Shown here piece by piece: positions 10,395 through 19,405 of a stretch of 46,968 nt of DNA. Below the pieces are notes generated by a model that did no database searches, was not told the DNA's origin, and was given only the letters and a program-made list of their open reading frames with translations. This DNA comes from Bacillota bacterium. GTDB lineage: Bacteria; Sysuimicrobiota; Sysuimicrobiia; Sysuimicrobiales; Segetimicrobiaceae. The stretch lies in contig JAJPJL010000085.1 in assembly GCA_021324255.1 (NCBI GenBank), forward strand, positions 1 to 46,968. The letters run 5' to 3'. A program made the translations under genes and the position numbers. Each line of letters begins with the position of its first letter. Position 1 is the first letter of the stretch.

Positions 10395-12146
10395 ATGACG
10401 ACGGCAGACCGTGGCACGGACCGAAGCCGGGATCTCACCCAGCCCTTGGAGCGGCTGCACCACAACGAGACGATCAAGGCCGAGAGTCGCTACCTCCGCG
10501 GCTCCATCGCGGAGGGCCTGGTCGACCCGGTGACCGGTGCGATTCCCGGGGACGAGGCGCCGCAGATCCTCAAATTCCACGGGGTGTATCAGCAGGACGA
10601 CCGCGATCTCCGCGCCGAGCGGCGGCGCCAGAAGCTGGAGCCCGCCTACCAGTTCATGGTGCGCGTGCGTCTGCCCGGCGGCACGTGCCGGCCCGACCAG
10701 TGGCTCAGGCTGGACGCGTTGGCGCGTGAACACGCCAACGGCACCCTCCGGCTCACGACGCGGCAGACCTTCCAGTTCCACGGCGTGCTGAAGCGGGACC
10801 TGAAAGCAACGATCCAGCGCATCCACGCCGCGCTGCTGGACACGATCGGCGCGTGCGGCGACGACAATCGCGGGGTGATGTCCTCGCCCAACCTCGACCA
10901 GTCGGCAATCCACGCACAAGTGTACCCGCTGGCGAAACAGCTCAGCGACGCGTTGCTGCCGCGCACGCGCGCCTACCACGAAATCTGGTTGGACGAGACG
11001 CCGGTCGCGGGCGGTGACCGCGAAGAGGAGCCCATCTACGGCCGCACGTACCTGCCCCGGAAGTTCAAGCTGGGGCTGGCGATCCCGCCGACCAACGACG
11101 TCGACATCTACACGCAAGACCTCGGGTTCATTGCGATCGCCGAGGGCGATCGGCTGGCGGGCTTCGATGTGTGCGTCGGCGGCGGCATGGGCCGCTCCGA
11201 CAACGAGCCCGCCACGTACCCGCGGCTCGCGGATGTGATCGGATTTTGCGCCCCGGAGCAGGTCGTGGCGGTGGCCGAGCAGGTCGTCGGCATCCAGCGC
11301 GACTTCGGCGATCGTGTCGACCGGAAGCACGCGCGCTTGAAGTACACCATCGACGACCGCGGGCTGGAGTGGTTCCGCGGCGAGCTGCATCGACGCCTGG
11401 GCTGGCACCTCGGGGACGCGAGGCCGTTCCGCTTCGACACCAACAGCGACCGCTACGGGTGGACGGAGGCGCTCCGTGGCCGCTGGCACTATGCGCTGTT
11501 CGTCGAAAACGGGCGAGTCCGGGACGGCGAGGCCCTGCAACTGATGACGGCCCTGCGCGAGATTGCGAGCGTCCACACGGGCGAGTTCCGCCTCACACCG
11601 AACCAAAACCTGATCGTGGCGAACGTCCCGGCCGAGGAGCGGGACCGGATCGACCGCATCCTCGAGGCGCATGGGGCCATGGCCCCTGCGCGGCAGAGCG
11701 TCCTTCGCCGCCACGCGGTCGCGTGCGTCGCGCTGCCGACGTGCGGGCTGGCGATGGCGGAGAGCGAGCGCTACCTCCCGTCCCTCCTTACCAAGCTCGA
11801 GGCCATTGCGGCATCATGCGGGCTCGAGCGCGACCCCGTGATCATTCGAATGAGCGGCTGTCCCAACGGGTGCTCGCGCCCGTACGTCGCCGAGATCGGG
11901 TTCACGGGCCGCGCGCCCGGCAAATACAACGTATATCTCGGCGGCGGGTTTCACGGCCAGCGGCTCAACAAGCTCTTCCTGGAAAACGTCGGGGAGGCGC
12001 AGATCCTGGAGGGGCTCGCGCCGGTCATTCGACGCTACGCCGCCGAGCGGCTGCCGGCCGAGCGCTTCGGCGACTTCGTGATTCGTGTCGGGTACGTCAA
12101 GGAGGTACGAGCGGGTCGCGAGTTCAACGACGAGGACCAAGGCTAA
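10395..12146 (+). CDS. cysI: Sulfite reductase hemoprotein beta subunit (siroheme/4Fe-4S)
   Basis: NirA/CysI repeats ([15 protein letters not shown]…, [13 protein letters not shown]…, [38 protein letters not shown]). ATG at 10395 lies 14 nt after the cysJ stop. The track's longer 10314 start overlaps cysJ with non-homologous sequence. Confidence 0.9.
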   Translation: MTTADRGTDRSRDLTQPLERLHHNETIKAESRYLRGSIAEGLVDPVTGAIPGDEAPQILKFHGVYQQDDRDLRAERRRQKLEPAYQFMVRVRLPGGTCRPDQWLRLDALAREHANGTLRLTTRQTFQFHGVLKRDLKATIQRIHAALLDTIGACGDDNRGVMSSPNLDQSAIHAQVYPLAKQLSDALLPRTRAYHEIWLDETPVAGGDREEEPIYGRTYLPRKFKLGLAIPPTNDVDIYTQDLGFIAIAEGDRLAGFDVCVGGGMGRSDNEPATYPRLADVIGFCAPEQVVAVAEQVVGIQRDFGDRVDRKHARLKYTIDDRGLEWFRGELHRRLGWHLGDARPFRFDTNSDRYGWTEALRGRWHYALFVENGRVRDGEALQLMTALREIASVHTGEFRLTPNQNLIVANVPAEERDRIDRILEAHGAMAPARQSVLRRHAVACVALPTCGLAMAESERYLPSLLTKLEAIAASCGLERDPVIIRMSGCPNGCSRPYVAEIGFTGRAPGKYNVYLGGGFHGQRLNKLFLENVGEAQILEGLAPVIRRYAAERLPAERFGDFVIRVGYVKEVRAGREFNDEDQG

Positions 12147-12260
12147 TTCTCATTCGGGCGGAAGACCCGGCCGGGTTCCCCGGTGGGAAGGAGGTCGGGG
12201 ATCGAATTGGAAATTCCGCCTAGCGGGTCGCCGGAACCGGGACGCGCACAGGCGGCCGGA

Positions 12261-13079
12261 ATGGCGGGACGGAGGTGTGTCACGGATCCGCTTGCACGAT
12301 TCAAGGACGCTCAGAGGCAAGGGTGGGCGCATTTCGCGCCGCTGGCGGACAACACGACACCGGAGGCCGCACGGCTCGTGAAGCACGCGGGAGTGCGCCC
12401 GGGAGACCGGGTGCTCGACGTCGCGTGCGGCACGGGGGTCGTGGCCATCACGGCGGCCCGTTTGGGAGCCCGCGTGACGGGGCTCGACATCACGCCGGAG
12501 CTCATCGCACACGCCCGCGAGAACGCCGGCATTGCCGACGTCGAGGTCGAGTGGCATGAGGGAGATGTCGAGGAGCTGCCGTTCGGCGACGCGGCCTTCG
12601 ATGTGGTCCTCAGCCAGTTCGGACACATGTTTGCGCCGCGGCCCGACGTCGCGGCGGCGGAGATGCTGCGTGTCCTGAAACCGGGCGGGACGATCGCGTT
12701 CTCCACCTGGCCGCCTGAACTGGTCCTCGGCCGATTGTTTGCGCTCGGCGGGCGCTACATGCCCCCGCCGCCGGCGGGCGTCATGCCGCCGACCGGGTGG
12801 GGAGATCCCAACATCGTCCGCGAACGGCTCGGCTCGGCGGTCAAAGACCTCGTGTTTGACCGCGCGACGATGCGAGTCCCCGCTCTGAGTCCGCAACACA
12901 GTCGGCGGATATCGGAGCGTACGGCCGGCCCGCTGGTCAAGCTCGTCGAATTCCTGGCCGCGACGGATCCGGCCCGTTTGGCCGCCTTCCGGCGCGAGTA
13001 CGATGCCATTGTGGCCGACTACTTCGAAGACAATACCGTGCGGCAGGACTATCTGCTCACACGCGCGACCAAGATCTAA
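12261..13079 (+). CDS. Class I SAM-dependent methyltransferase (Methyltransf_11-like)
   Basis: Motif I VLDVACGTGVVAITAARLGARVTGLDI, motif II/III region EGDVEELPFGDAAFDVVLSQFG…LRVLKPGGTIAFS. The start is chosen at MAGRR…; the track's 12183 start adds non-homologous residues. Confidence 0.8.
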   Translation: MAGRRCVTDPLARFKDAQRQGWAHFAPLADNTTPEAARLVKHAGVRPGDRVLDVACGTGVVAITAARLGARVTGLDITPELIAHARENAGIADVEVEWHEGDVEELPFGDAAFDVVLSQFGHMFAPRPDVAAAEMLRVLKPGGTIAFSTWPPELVLGRLFALGGRYMPPPPAGVMPPTGWGDPNIVRERLGSAVKDLVFDRATMRVPALSPQHSRRISERTAGPLVKLVEFLAATDPARLAAFRREYDAIVADYFEDNTVRQDYLLTRATKI

Positions 13080-13248
13080 CGAGACTTCCGCCTCAGACCG
13101 CCGAGGCATGTGGTCCGAGACGTGTTCCCATCGGCGATACGCGGCGAAGCCGGAGGGATTGTCGCCGACGGCTGGTGGATCGTCGCACCGTAATCGTCAA
13201 GGCCCTCTCGTACGAGCGGGGTTGACGGTCCGGGGGCCGCGTTTGTTA

Positions 13249-14307
13249 TTAGCCTTCGTCCTGCTCGCCCGCCCCGTACGCGGCGGTGCTCGAAGGTCCT
13301 GAGGCGTCCTCGTGGACCGCGACGCGGTGTCGCGCCCTCCGGAGCTCACCGTGTAATCCCGCGCGGGCCCCGATGCGAGGAGCATACCCGAGGGCCGCGA
13401 TCTTGGAGATGTCAAAGTGGTAGTCGCTGAACAGTCCGCGGAGCTCCTGCATTCCAAGATGTGCGAGATCCGACCGTCCCCACCAGCGGCCGAGAAGGTT
13501 GATGAGCGGCCTGATCACGACCGCGCACCGCCAGGGAATGGACGGGAACCAGAGCGAGCGGTCCAGCGCCTCGGCAATCCATCGCAGGAGGTCTCCCGCA
13601 CGATAGCATCCGCCGTCCGTCACGTTGTAGGCCTCGCCGGACCGTCCTGTTTCCATGACGAGCAGATGCGCCCTCGCGAGATCGTCCGCGTGCACCACGT
13701 CCACCAGGTGGCGGCCGCCGTCCGGCAGCGGCAGCAGCGGCAGCCGCATGAGGCGCGCCGCTTCCGGCACGAAATATCGATCGCCGGGACCGTAGACGAT
13801 GCACGGCCGGAGATTTATCGCGCGGAGGCCGCGAGCCGCGGCGTCGCGCACCCGTCGTTCCGCCTCGACCTTGGACGCTCCATAGATGCCCGCCGGGTTG
13901 AGCGGCGCGTCCTCGGCGACACCGACAGGCAGCAGGTCACCGTACACGGATACGGAACTCGTGTATACGACCCGGCCGGCGCCGGCGGCACGAGCCGCCT
14001 CGAGCAACCGGCGCGTGCCCTCCGCGTTCGTCTCCCACATCTCCGCGGCCGTGTGCCTGTGGACGTCCACGGCCCCCGCCACATGGTAGACATCGTGCAC
14101 TCCCGTACAGGCCGGCCGCAGACTCGTTGGGTCCCGCAGATCGCCCTGGGCAATCTCCACCTGTGGTCCAAAGAGGCCGCGAGCGCCCTCCGCGTCCCGC
14201 ACAAAGACGCGAACCGGGCGGTTCTGCGCCAGCAGCGCGCGCACCACGGCGCGCCCCACCAATCCGGTGGCGCCCGTCACCAGCGTGCGCGGCTCACCCA
14301 TCGACAA
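13249..14307 (-). CDS. NAD-dependent epimerase/dehydratase family protein (extended SDR)
   Basis: TLVTGATGLVGRAVVRALL (GxxGxxG), the YGASK catalytic Tyr-x3-Lys, and NAD(P)-binding fold throughout. Confidence 0.85.
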   Translation of the reverse strand: MSMGEPRTLVTGATGLVGRAVVRALLAQNRPVRVFVRDAEGARGLFGPQVEIAQGDLRDPTSLRPACTGVHDVYHVAGAVDVHRHTAAEMWETNAEGTRRLLEAARAAGAGRVVYTSSVSVYGDLLPVGVAEDAPLNPAGIYGASKVEAERRVRDAAARGLRAINLRPCIVYGPGDRYFVPEAARLMRLPLLPLPDGGRHLVDVVHADDLARAHLLVMETGRSGEAYNVTDGGCYRAGDLLRWIAEALDRSLWFPSIPWRCAVVIRPLINLLGRWWGRSDLAHLGMQELRGLFSDYHFDISKIAALGYAPRIGARAGLHGELRRARHRVAVHEDASGPSSTAAYGAGEQDEG

Positions 14308-14413
14308 CGACTCGCGGAAATTCCACTTCGACGCCTATCCCTTTCTCGTCAACGGGGCCACCCGGCCTTTCCGTCCGGGGCCCTTCCCGCCGCCGCCCGC
14401 GGGAGGGGACAGC

Positions 14414-14700
14414 GGCTACCGGGGCCTGGTTCGCGATGCCTTCGCGAGGCGCCGGCGCCTCACTCCCACCGACAATTTCTACGAGTGGCACTCACACCCT
14501 GGGGCGCAGAAACAACCCGAGGCGATCTCTCGAGCCGATGGCGAGCCATCGGCCCTCGCGGGTCTGCGGGAAGCGCGGCCTGATTCCGAGCGGGACACCG
14601 ATCTGCGCGCATGCACCATCGTGATGACGGGAGTCAACGGCTCCACATCGCACACCTGCCATGCGAGGAGTTCGATCGACCTATCTGGTTGGGTGAGGCA
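14414..14700 (+). pseudogene. N-terminally truncated remnant of an SOS-response-associated peptidase (SRAP/YedK/HMCES family) gene
   Basis: The + frame gives …AFARRRRLTPTDNFYEWHSHPGAQKQPEAISRADGEPSALAGLREARPDSERDTDLRACTIVMTGVNGSTSHTCHARSSIDLSGWV. This aligns to the YedK core (RRCLVPADGYYEW…KQPWYFHRADGQPLLMAGLWD…SFTIITTEAN…IHDRMPVLL…WL) with degenerated conserved positions (GLWE to GLRE, HDRMP to HARSS). The N-terminal Cys2 domain is absent and would overlap the epimerase gene. The frame then runs on through antisense rpoZ. Confidence 0.4.
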
Positions 14701-14793
14701 GAAGGCGATCCCCGGAGTCTCGCACGTCCCGCGTCCCGGGGGGACGCTCCGCGTCAGGCCCGTGAGCCGGCGATCACGCACGCGGACAGATGC

Positions 14794-15078
14794 TCACCGC
14801 TCGCCTATGGCGACCTCGGCAACGTCGCGATCAGGCGGCGCTGCGTCCACGTCCGCCTCCGCCTCGTGCCGCGCGGTCCCTGCCGGCCGTTTGGCGCTCA
14901 CGCATAGCTTGCCCGATGCCAACTCTTCCATCGCGACGAGGACGGGATTCCGCGTGCTCGTTTCAATCGCCGGGATGCCGCCGCGCATCAACTGTTCCGC
15001 CCTGGTCGCGACCACATGCACGAGAGCAAATCGCGGACTCGCCTTGGCCAAAAGAGCCTCGATGGACTCCTGCCGCAT
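14794..15078 (-). CDS. rpoZ: DNA-directed RNA polymerase subunit omega
   Basis: IEALLAKASPRFALVHVVATRAEQLMRGGIPAIETSTRNPVLVAMEELASGKL aligns along its length to E. coli RpoZ ([29 protein letters not shown]…TTVIALREIEEGLI). A GGGGGAAAAGG Shine-Dalgarno precedes the start. Confidence 0.8.
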   Translation of the reverse strand: MRQESIEALLAKASPRFALVHVVATRAEQLMRGGIPAIETSTRNPVLVAMEELASGKLCVSAKRPAGTARHEAEADVDAAPPDRDVAEVAIGER

Positions 15079-15355
15079 ACGCCTTTTCCCCCTGGGACCG
15101 GCGTCCCGTTTCTGTGGCTCGCTGTCAGCCGAGGGGAGGAAAGCGCCTGCGGCGCACTACGCCGGCACGCCCCGGGGCTATCCTCATTGTACCACTCGCG
15201 CGAGCATCACTGCCGTGGCGATGGCCGCCGGCCGGGACGCTCCACACCCGGCGAGGCGAGTCAAAGCGGGAGCGCATCGTGAGACAACGAACCTGTTTGG
15301 AGGCTACGATCAGTGGAGGTGGGTCGATGCGGTTGAATGCGTTGCGGGGTGGGTC

Positions 15356-15550
15356 GTGAGCGACCGAGTGCGCGCGAAGGCCGGCCTGCCGTGGCCGGTA
15401 AGCGGCATCTACGTGTGCGACAAGTGCCATGCGGAACACATCGCGTGTGCCGGAGACGTCACGCCGCGGTGCTCGGCCGAACGCGGCGACGGACACCGGT
15501 GCAACTGCGCGTACTTTGTCCTGCGTGCGGGTAACAGCGCTGCCTCGTGA
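15356..15550 (+). CDS. Possible small Cys-rich (zinc-ribbon-like) protein, 64 aa
   Basis: The tail of the long + ORF (GTG at 15356) reads VSDRVRAKAGLPWPVSGIYVCDKCHAEHIACAGDVTPRCSAERGDGHRCNCAYFVLRAGNSAAS. It has CxxC…C…C…CxC spacing and high GC3 codon usage. No family was recognised, so this is speculative. Confidence 0.25.
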   Translation: MSDRVRAKAGLPWPVSGIYVCDKCHAEHIACAGDVTPRCSAERGDGHRCNCAYFVLRAGNSAAS

Positions 15551-15653
15551 ATTCTCGTGCGGAACCTCTCATCGCTTCCACGTCCAAGATCCGCAAGGCC
15601 GGGTGACGTTCACCCGGACACGGACGGTGAGATTCCCGGAGCCTGCGGCCGCG

Positions 15654-17807
15654 TCAGCGGCCGCCTGGCCGCTGCGCCGGGGTCTCGGGCACGACGTCAA
15701 GCGGTCCCACGACATCCAGGACCTCCACGTGCGAGCGTGAGGCGTCGCGGGTGCATCGGAGCGTGGCGCGCGATGCGCCGACGCGGAGGTTGCGGATCTC
15801 CACCCAATCCAACCACGCCGGCAGCGCGGGCGCGACGTACAGCCGTTGATGAGGCGCATCGGCACGGAGGCCAAGCAGCACGTGCACGAACGCAAACGTG
15901 CTCCCGGCTGCCCATCCCTGCGGGATGTTGGCGCCCAAGTACTGCACCGGAAACCCCAAGCTGTTGCGTGCCTGCCCGCCAAGGAGCTCTGGAAGCCGAT
16001 AGCGCTGAAACACGGCGGCCGCATCGAGGATGCCCCGCGTGATCCGGGCGGCCGCATCGACGTCGCCGTAGCGGCGGCATCCCGCGGCGATCAACAGGTT
16101 GTCGTGCGGCCAAACCGCTCCCCGCTGATATGCGAACGGATTGAAGGCCGGATGGGCGGCGCTCAGCGTGCGGATCCCCCACCCGCTCCACATGTCCTCC
16201 GCCAACAAACGCGCAATGACGCGCGGAGCACGGTCCGCCGGCACGATCCCCGACCACAAGCAATGCCCCGTGTTGCTGACGACGCTCGTGATGGGCGCCT
16301 TACGTGAGTCCAGTCCAAACGCGTAGATGCCTTCGTCCTCCAGCCAAAACGCCTCGTTGAACCGCGCCCGGAGCGTCTCGGCTTCCTTGCGCAGGCGGTC
16401 CGCGTCGGCGCTACGCGCGAGCCCGTCGTAGAGCGCCGCCATGCGCAGCTTGGCGTCGTACACGTAGCCCTGCAGTTCGCACAGGGCCACCGGAGGCTCC
16501 ACGGGCCGGCCGTCAGCGTACACGGTACCGTCGCCCGAGTCCTTCCATCCTTGATGCTTGATCCCTCGTGGGGATCGCGTGCGGTACTCTTGGAACCCGT
16601 CCCCGTCCCGGTCGCCGTACCGGTCGATCCAGCGCATGCATCGCTCGGCCACCGGAAGATACGCCTCCAGGACGTCGTGGCCGCCCGTCCACATATACGT
16701 CTCGTGAAGCAGGATCGGGTACAAGATCGTCGCGTCGGCGCTCCCATAGTAGGGCGTGTGGGGAATCTGACCGAACCGCGCCAACTCGCCCGTCCTGAGC
16801 TCGTGGAGGATCTTCCCGGGATCGGCGTCCCGATAGTCGTCGGAGCCTTCGGCTTGATAGGCGGCGAGGGCCCCGAGCGCCCCGAGGGCGAACCCCCGGT
16901 GAAGCGGTAGGGTTTGAAGCCCGGAAATGAGAGCGTCTCGGCCGAAGAGGGCGACGAACCACGGCACCCCGGCCGACAGGACGCACGGCTCATCGGGCGC
17001 GCCCGCGTCGAGGAGCAGGGAAATGAGATCGTCGACGGACCGCCCGAGCGTGTGGGTCAGCGCGTCATCGCTCGTCCTGGTATCCGCGAACACGCCGCGC
17101 CAGCGCTGGATGAATCCCTCCCGTTCGGCAACCGACGCATGGCTGCAGGCGGGGGGACCGGGATACACGACCCCGTCGAGTTCCGGGGTGAGATGAGCGC
17201 ACACGTGCCAAGATTCACCCGGATCCAGCACGAGGTCGAACAGAACCGCATGACCCCGCCGGCGGGCGCGGCTCGAGGTCCGGGTGAATTGACAGTGAAA
17301 CCGCGCCGCGTACGTGTCCCGCGCGTACTCGCAACTGAACCGCTGGTCTCCCTCGTGCCACGATGTTCGGACAGACCGGGGAACACGCACGTAGTGGCTC
17401 CGAACCTCGAACAGGTCGGCGAAGTCCGTGCCCAACTCGAGCTCGAACGTCAGGTGAACGGGCCGTCCATGATAGTTGACGAGGTCGAAGTCCTCGTGCA
17501 CGCCCCCGACGATGCTCCGTTTGACCGTGAACCCGAGGACGTGCTTGGGGATCGGCTCGTCGGCACTCAGGAGCGCGGGGTTCGTGAACTCGAACCGAAC
17601 CGCCGTATACGTGAGGGGGGAGGAACTCACGAGCTTCCACGTCCGCCCGTTGATCCGGTAGCGGTAGTGAGACAAGAACCGAACATCGTGACTGAACAGG
17701 CCGTGTTCGACCGTGCGGCGGATACAGCCGTCCAGCCCGCTGACCATGAAGCTGCGCCCGCAGTTGATCGTGGCAATGTTCGGGCCCACCTTGATCTCGC
17801 TCAGCAT
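15654..17807 (-). CDS. Amylo-alpha-1,6-glucosidase family protein (GDE_N_bis + GDE_C; bacterial/archaeal glycogen-debranching-enzyme-like)
   Basis: MLSEIKVGPNIATINCGRSFMVSGLDG… is the GDE_N_bis N-terminus. The central and C-terminal (alpha/alpha)6-barrel is present (…GKILHELRTGELARFGQIPHTPYYGSADATILYPILLHETYMW…, …NTGHCLWSGI…, FNPFAYQRGAVWPHDN). The ATG at 17807 matches the homolog N-terminus; the track's 18206 start adds 133 aa of low-complexity sequence. Confidence 0.85.
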   Translation of the reverse strand: MLSEIKVGPNIATINCGRSFMVSGLDGCIRRTVEHGLFSHDVRFLSHYRYRINGRTWKLVSSSPLTYTAVRFEFTNPALLSADEPIPKHVLGFTVKRSIVGGVHEDFDLVNYHGRPVHLTFELELGTDFADLFEVRSHYVRVPRSVRTSWHEGDQRFSCEYARDTYAARFHCQFTRTSSRARRRGHAVLFDLVLDPGESWHVCAHLTPELDGVVYPGPPACSHASVAEREGFIQRWRGVFADTRTSDDALTHTLGRSVDDLISLLLDAGAPDEPCVLSAGVPWFVALFGRDALISGLQTLPLHRGFALGALGALAAYQAEGSDDYRDADPGKILHELRTGELARFGQIPHTPYYGSADATILYPILLHETYMWTGGHDVLEAYLPVAERCMRWIDRYGDRDGDGFQEYRTRSPRGIKHQGWKDSGDGTVYADGRPVEPPVALCELQGYVYDAKLRMAALYDGLARSADADRLRKEAETLRARFNEAFWLEDEGIYAFGLDSRKAPITSVVSNTGHCLWSGIVPADRAPRVIARLLAEDMWSGWGIRTLSAAHPAFNPFAYQRGAVWPHDNLLIAAGCRRYGDVDAAARITRGILDAAAVFQRYRLPELLGGQARNSLGFPVQYLGANIPQGWAAGSTFAFVHVLLGLRADAPHQRLYVAPALPAWLDWVEIRNLRVGASRATLRCTRDASRSHVEVLDVVGPLDVVPETPAQRPGGR

Positions 17808-17815
17808 GGCCCGGA

Positions 17816-18184
17816 TCACCGGACGAGCGCCGCGTCCAAGACGCGCTCGTAGATCGACTCGTACGCATCCGCCATCCGGGCCGCGGAGAACCGCACGGCC
17901 ACGTGCGCGCGGCAGCGCCGGCGGTCGGTGCGGGGCACGTCGGCCACCGCCGCGATCATCTCGGCATACGCCACATGGTCGCGCACGCTGGGGTCCAAGC
18001 GGAGCCCGCGGGTACAACAAGGAATCAGCCGCGCTGAGGTGTTGGAATCGCCGCTCGCGAAGAGCGTCACCTCGTGGCCGCGACGCACGAGCTCCTCGGT
18101 CACGCCATCCACAACACGCTCCGTGCCCCCATAGAGCCTCGGTGGAACCGATTCGTACAAGGGCGCTACCTGTGCGATCCGCAT
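17816..18184 (-). CDS. Glycosyltransferase family 4 remnant (N-terminal ~65 aa fused to C-terminal ~50 aa); probable internally deleted pseudogene
   Basis: MRIAQVAPLYESVPPRLYGGTERVVDGVTEELVRRGHEVTLFASGDSNTSARLIPC is a GT4 N-terminus. The C-terminus (…RFSAARMADAYESIYERVL) is the typical GT4 C-terminal helix. The roughly 250-aa catalytic middle is missing from this 122-aa ORF. Confidence 0.5.
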   Translation of the reverse strand: MRIAQVAPLYESVPPRLYGGTERVVDGVTEELVRRGHEVTLFASGDSNTSARLIPCCTRGLRLDPSVRDHVAYAEMIAAVADVPRTDRRRCRAHVAVRFSAARMADAYESIYERVLDAALVR

Positions 18185-18385
18185 CTCGCGAGTATCTCCT
18201 CTCCAAAACACTGGGACAGGGCCCCGCCCCGTCCCAGCGCCATCCGCACCTGACATCGCGCGCCCGCTCCGATGAGGCATTCCGGCCTCGTCCCGGACCG
18301 TGCGCGGTCAGATGTATGCTCGCCTCTCCACGTACAGTATACTTCAGGCCTCAGCGCCGCGCTCCGCGGGTTTCCGCAACCGGGG

Positions 18386-18865
18386 CTACGGGACGTCCGC
18401 GCCCACCAGCACCCTCCCCTCCCGCCCGGCGCGCGTCCGCTCGCACTCCTCGAGCGATCGGTGCCCGGATTCACGAATACCGCGTACGATCTCTCGAGTC
18501 GTCAGGTATCCGGCGAGATAGGAAACGATCGCCCGTTGGGCTGTCAAATCGACGCTGGCGTGCAGGACACCGGGCAACGCGCGCAACGCGTTCTCAATCC
18601 GGCCTACGCACGACGAACAGGCGCTGCCGTCCACTGCGACGACCGCGTGTGAGGTCCGGACCTCGCAGCCCACCGAGCGCAACACTTCCGCAAGCTTCAG
18701 GAGGTCCACGCGGTTGGGGTCGAATGCGATGCGCACCTTCTCGGTGGCCGCGGTCATTGACACGAGGTGCACGCCGCAGACGTCGGTCAGAGCGGATGTA
18801 ATATGCGCGGTCGATCCCGCAACATGTGTTCCCGCGATCGGTAGAAGAACGATGTGTTCGGGCAT
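18386..18865 (-). CDS. Tandem heavy-metal-associated (HMA) domain protein; the first domain lacks the CxxC site, the second has GSACSSC
   Basis: Two beta-alpha-beta-beta-alpha-beta HMA-like repeats: IVLLPIAGTHVAGSTAHITSAL…VRIAFDP (Cys replaced) and VVAVDGSACSSCVGRIENALRALPGVLHASVDL…AIVSY (CxxC intact). Confidence 0.6.
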   Translation of the reverse strand: MPEHIVLLPIAGTHVAGSTAHITSALTDVCGVHLVSMTAATEKVRIAFDPNRVDLLKLAEVLRSVGCEVRTSHAVVAVDGSACSSCVGRIENALRALPGVLHASVDLTAQRAIVSYLAGYLTTREIVRGIRESGHRSLEECERTRAGREGRVLVGADVP

Positions 18866-19405
18866 GGACAGACACCTCCGTTGACGATAGGTTCGCCATG
18901 ATGCGCGAACAGTTCGAGGCTCACGCGATGCGTGGAGCGCCCCTCGAGGGCGTGATCGCGCCTCCGTGGCGCTTCGTAGAAACCCGCGTGGCGTTGGCTT
19001 CGACGGGGTCGGTGCGTCGGATCCGTTACACGTTCAACCCGTGCGGCGCGATGCAGACGCAGGAGAAGCCGGAACTCTCTTAACGCGACCTATGTAGGGT
19101 ACCATCGAAGATCAGAATTGTCAAATTCGGGACCCTGATGTCCCTGATGTGTGATTGCTGAGTGAATCTGTCACCCTGGGAGGATGAATAACGAGACAGG
19201 CACCTCGACCACGAGGGCGCATCAGCGCGTGCATGTCTTGTCTCGTGTCCACGACGGGGTGCTGCGCACCGGGGAGGTGGCGCGTGCTGGACGGAGACGA
19301 GGACCCTCCGTCTCGAGCCGTGCGGGGCCCGCCAGGATCGGACGCCGAAGTACCGAAAATGATTAGATTCGCCGGATTCTGCACCAACGTCCGAGGAGGC
19401 GGAGC

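Noticed and set aside
9503-11714. Long minus-strand ORFs 9503-10477 and 10335-11714
   Set aside because: Antisense of cysJ and cysI respectively. They are Arg/Ala/Pro-rich with no motifs.
13417-14583. 388-aa + ORF
   Set aside because: Antisense of the NAD-epimerase gene. It is low-complexity.
14540-14610. RGLIPS motif in another frame (ORF 14127-14624), reminiscent of the SRAP RWGLIP box
   Set aside because: It lies downstream of the FYEW block, in the wrong order for SRAP, and in a different frame. I treat it as coincidence rather than a frameshifted N-domain.
14267-15550. 427-aa + strand ORF taken as a single CDS
   Set aside because: Only residues ~50-143 show homology (the SRAP fragment). 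The rest is low-complexity and the frame passes antisense through the well-supported rpoZ gene. It is an open frame by chance in GC-rich DNA.
18826-19083. 85-aa + ORF (MFPRSVEER… / MMREQFEAH…) in the HMA/DyP divergent region
   Set aside because: It has no Shine-Dalgarno, overlaps the HMA gene start on the opposite strand, and no family was recognised. The region is left as a regulatory intergenic region.
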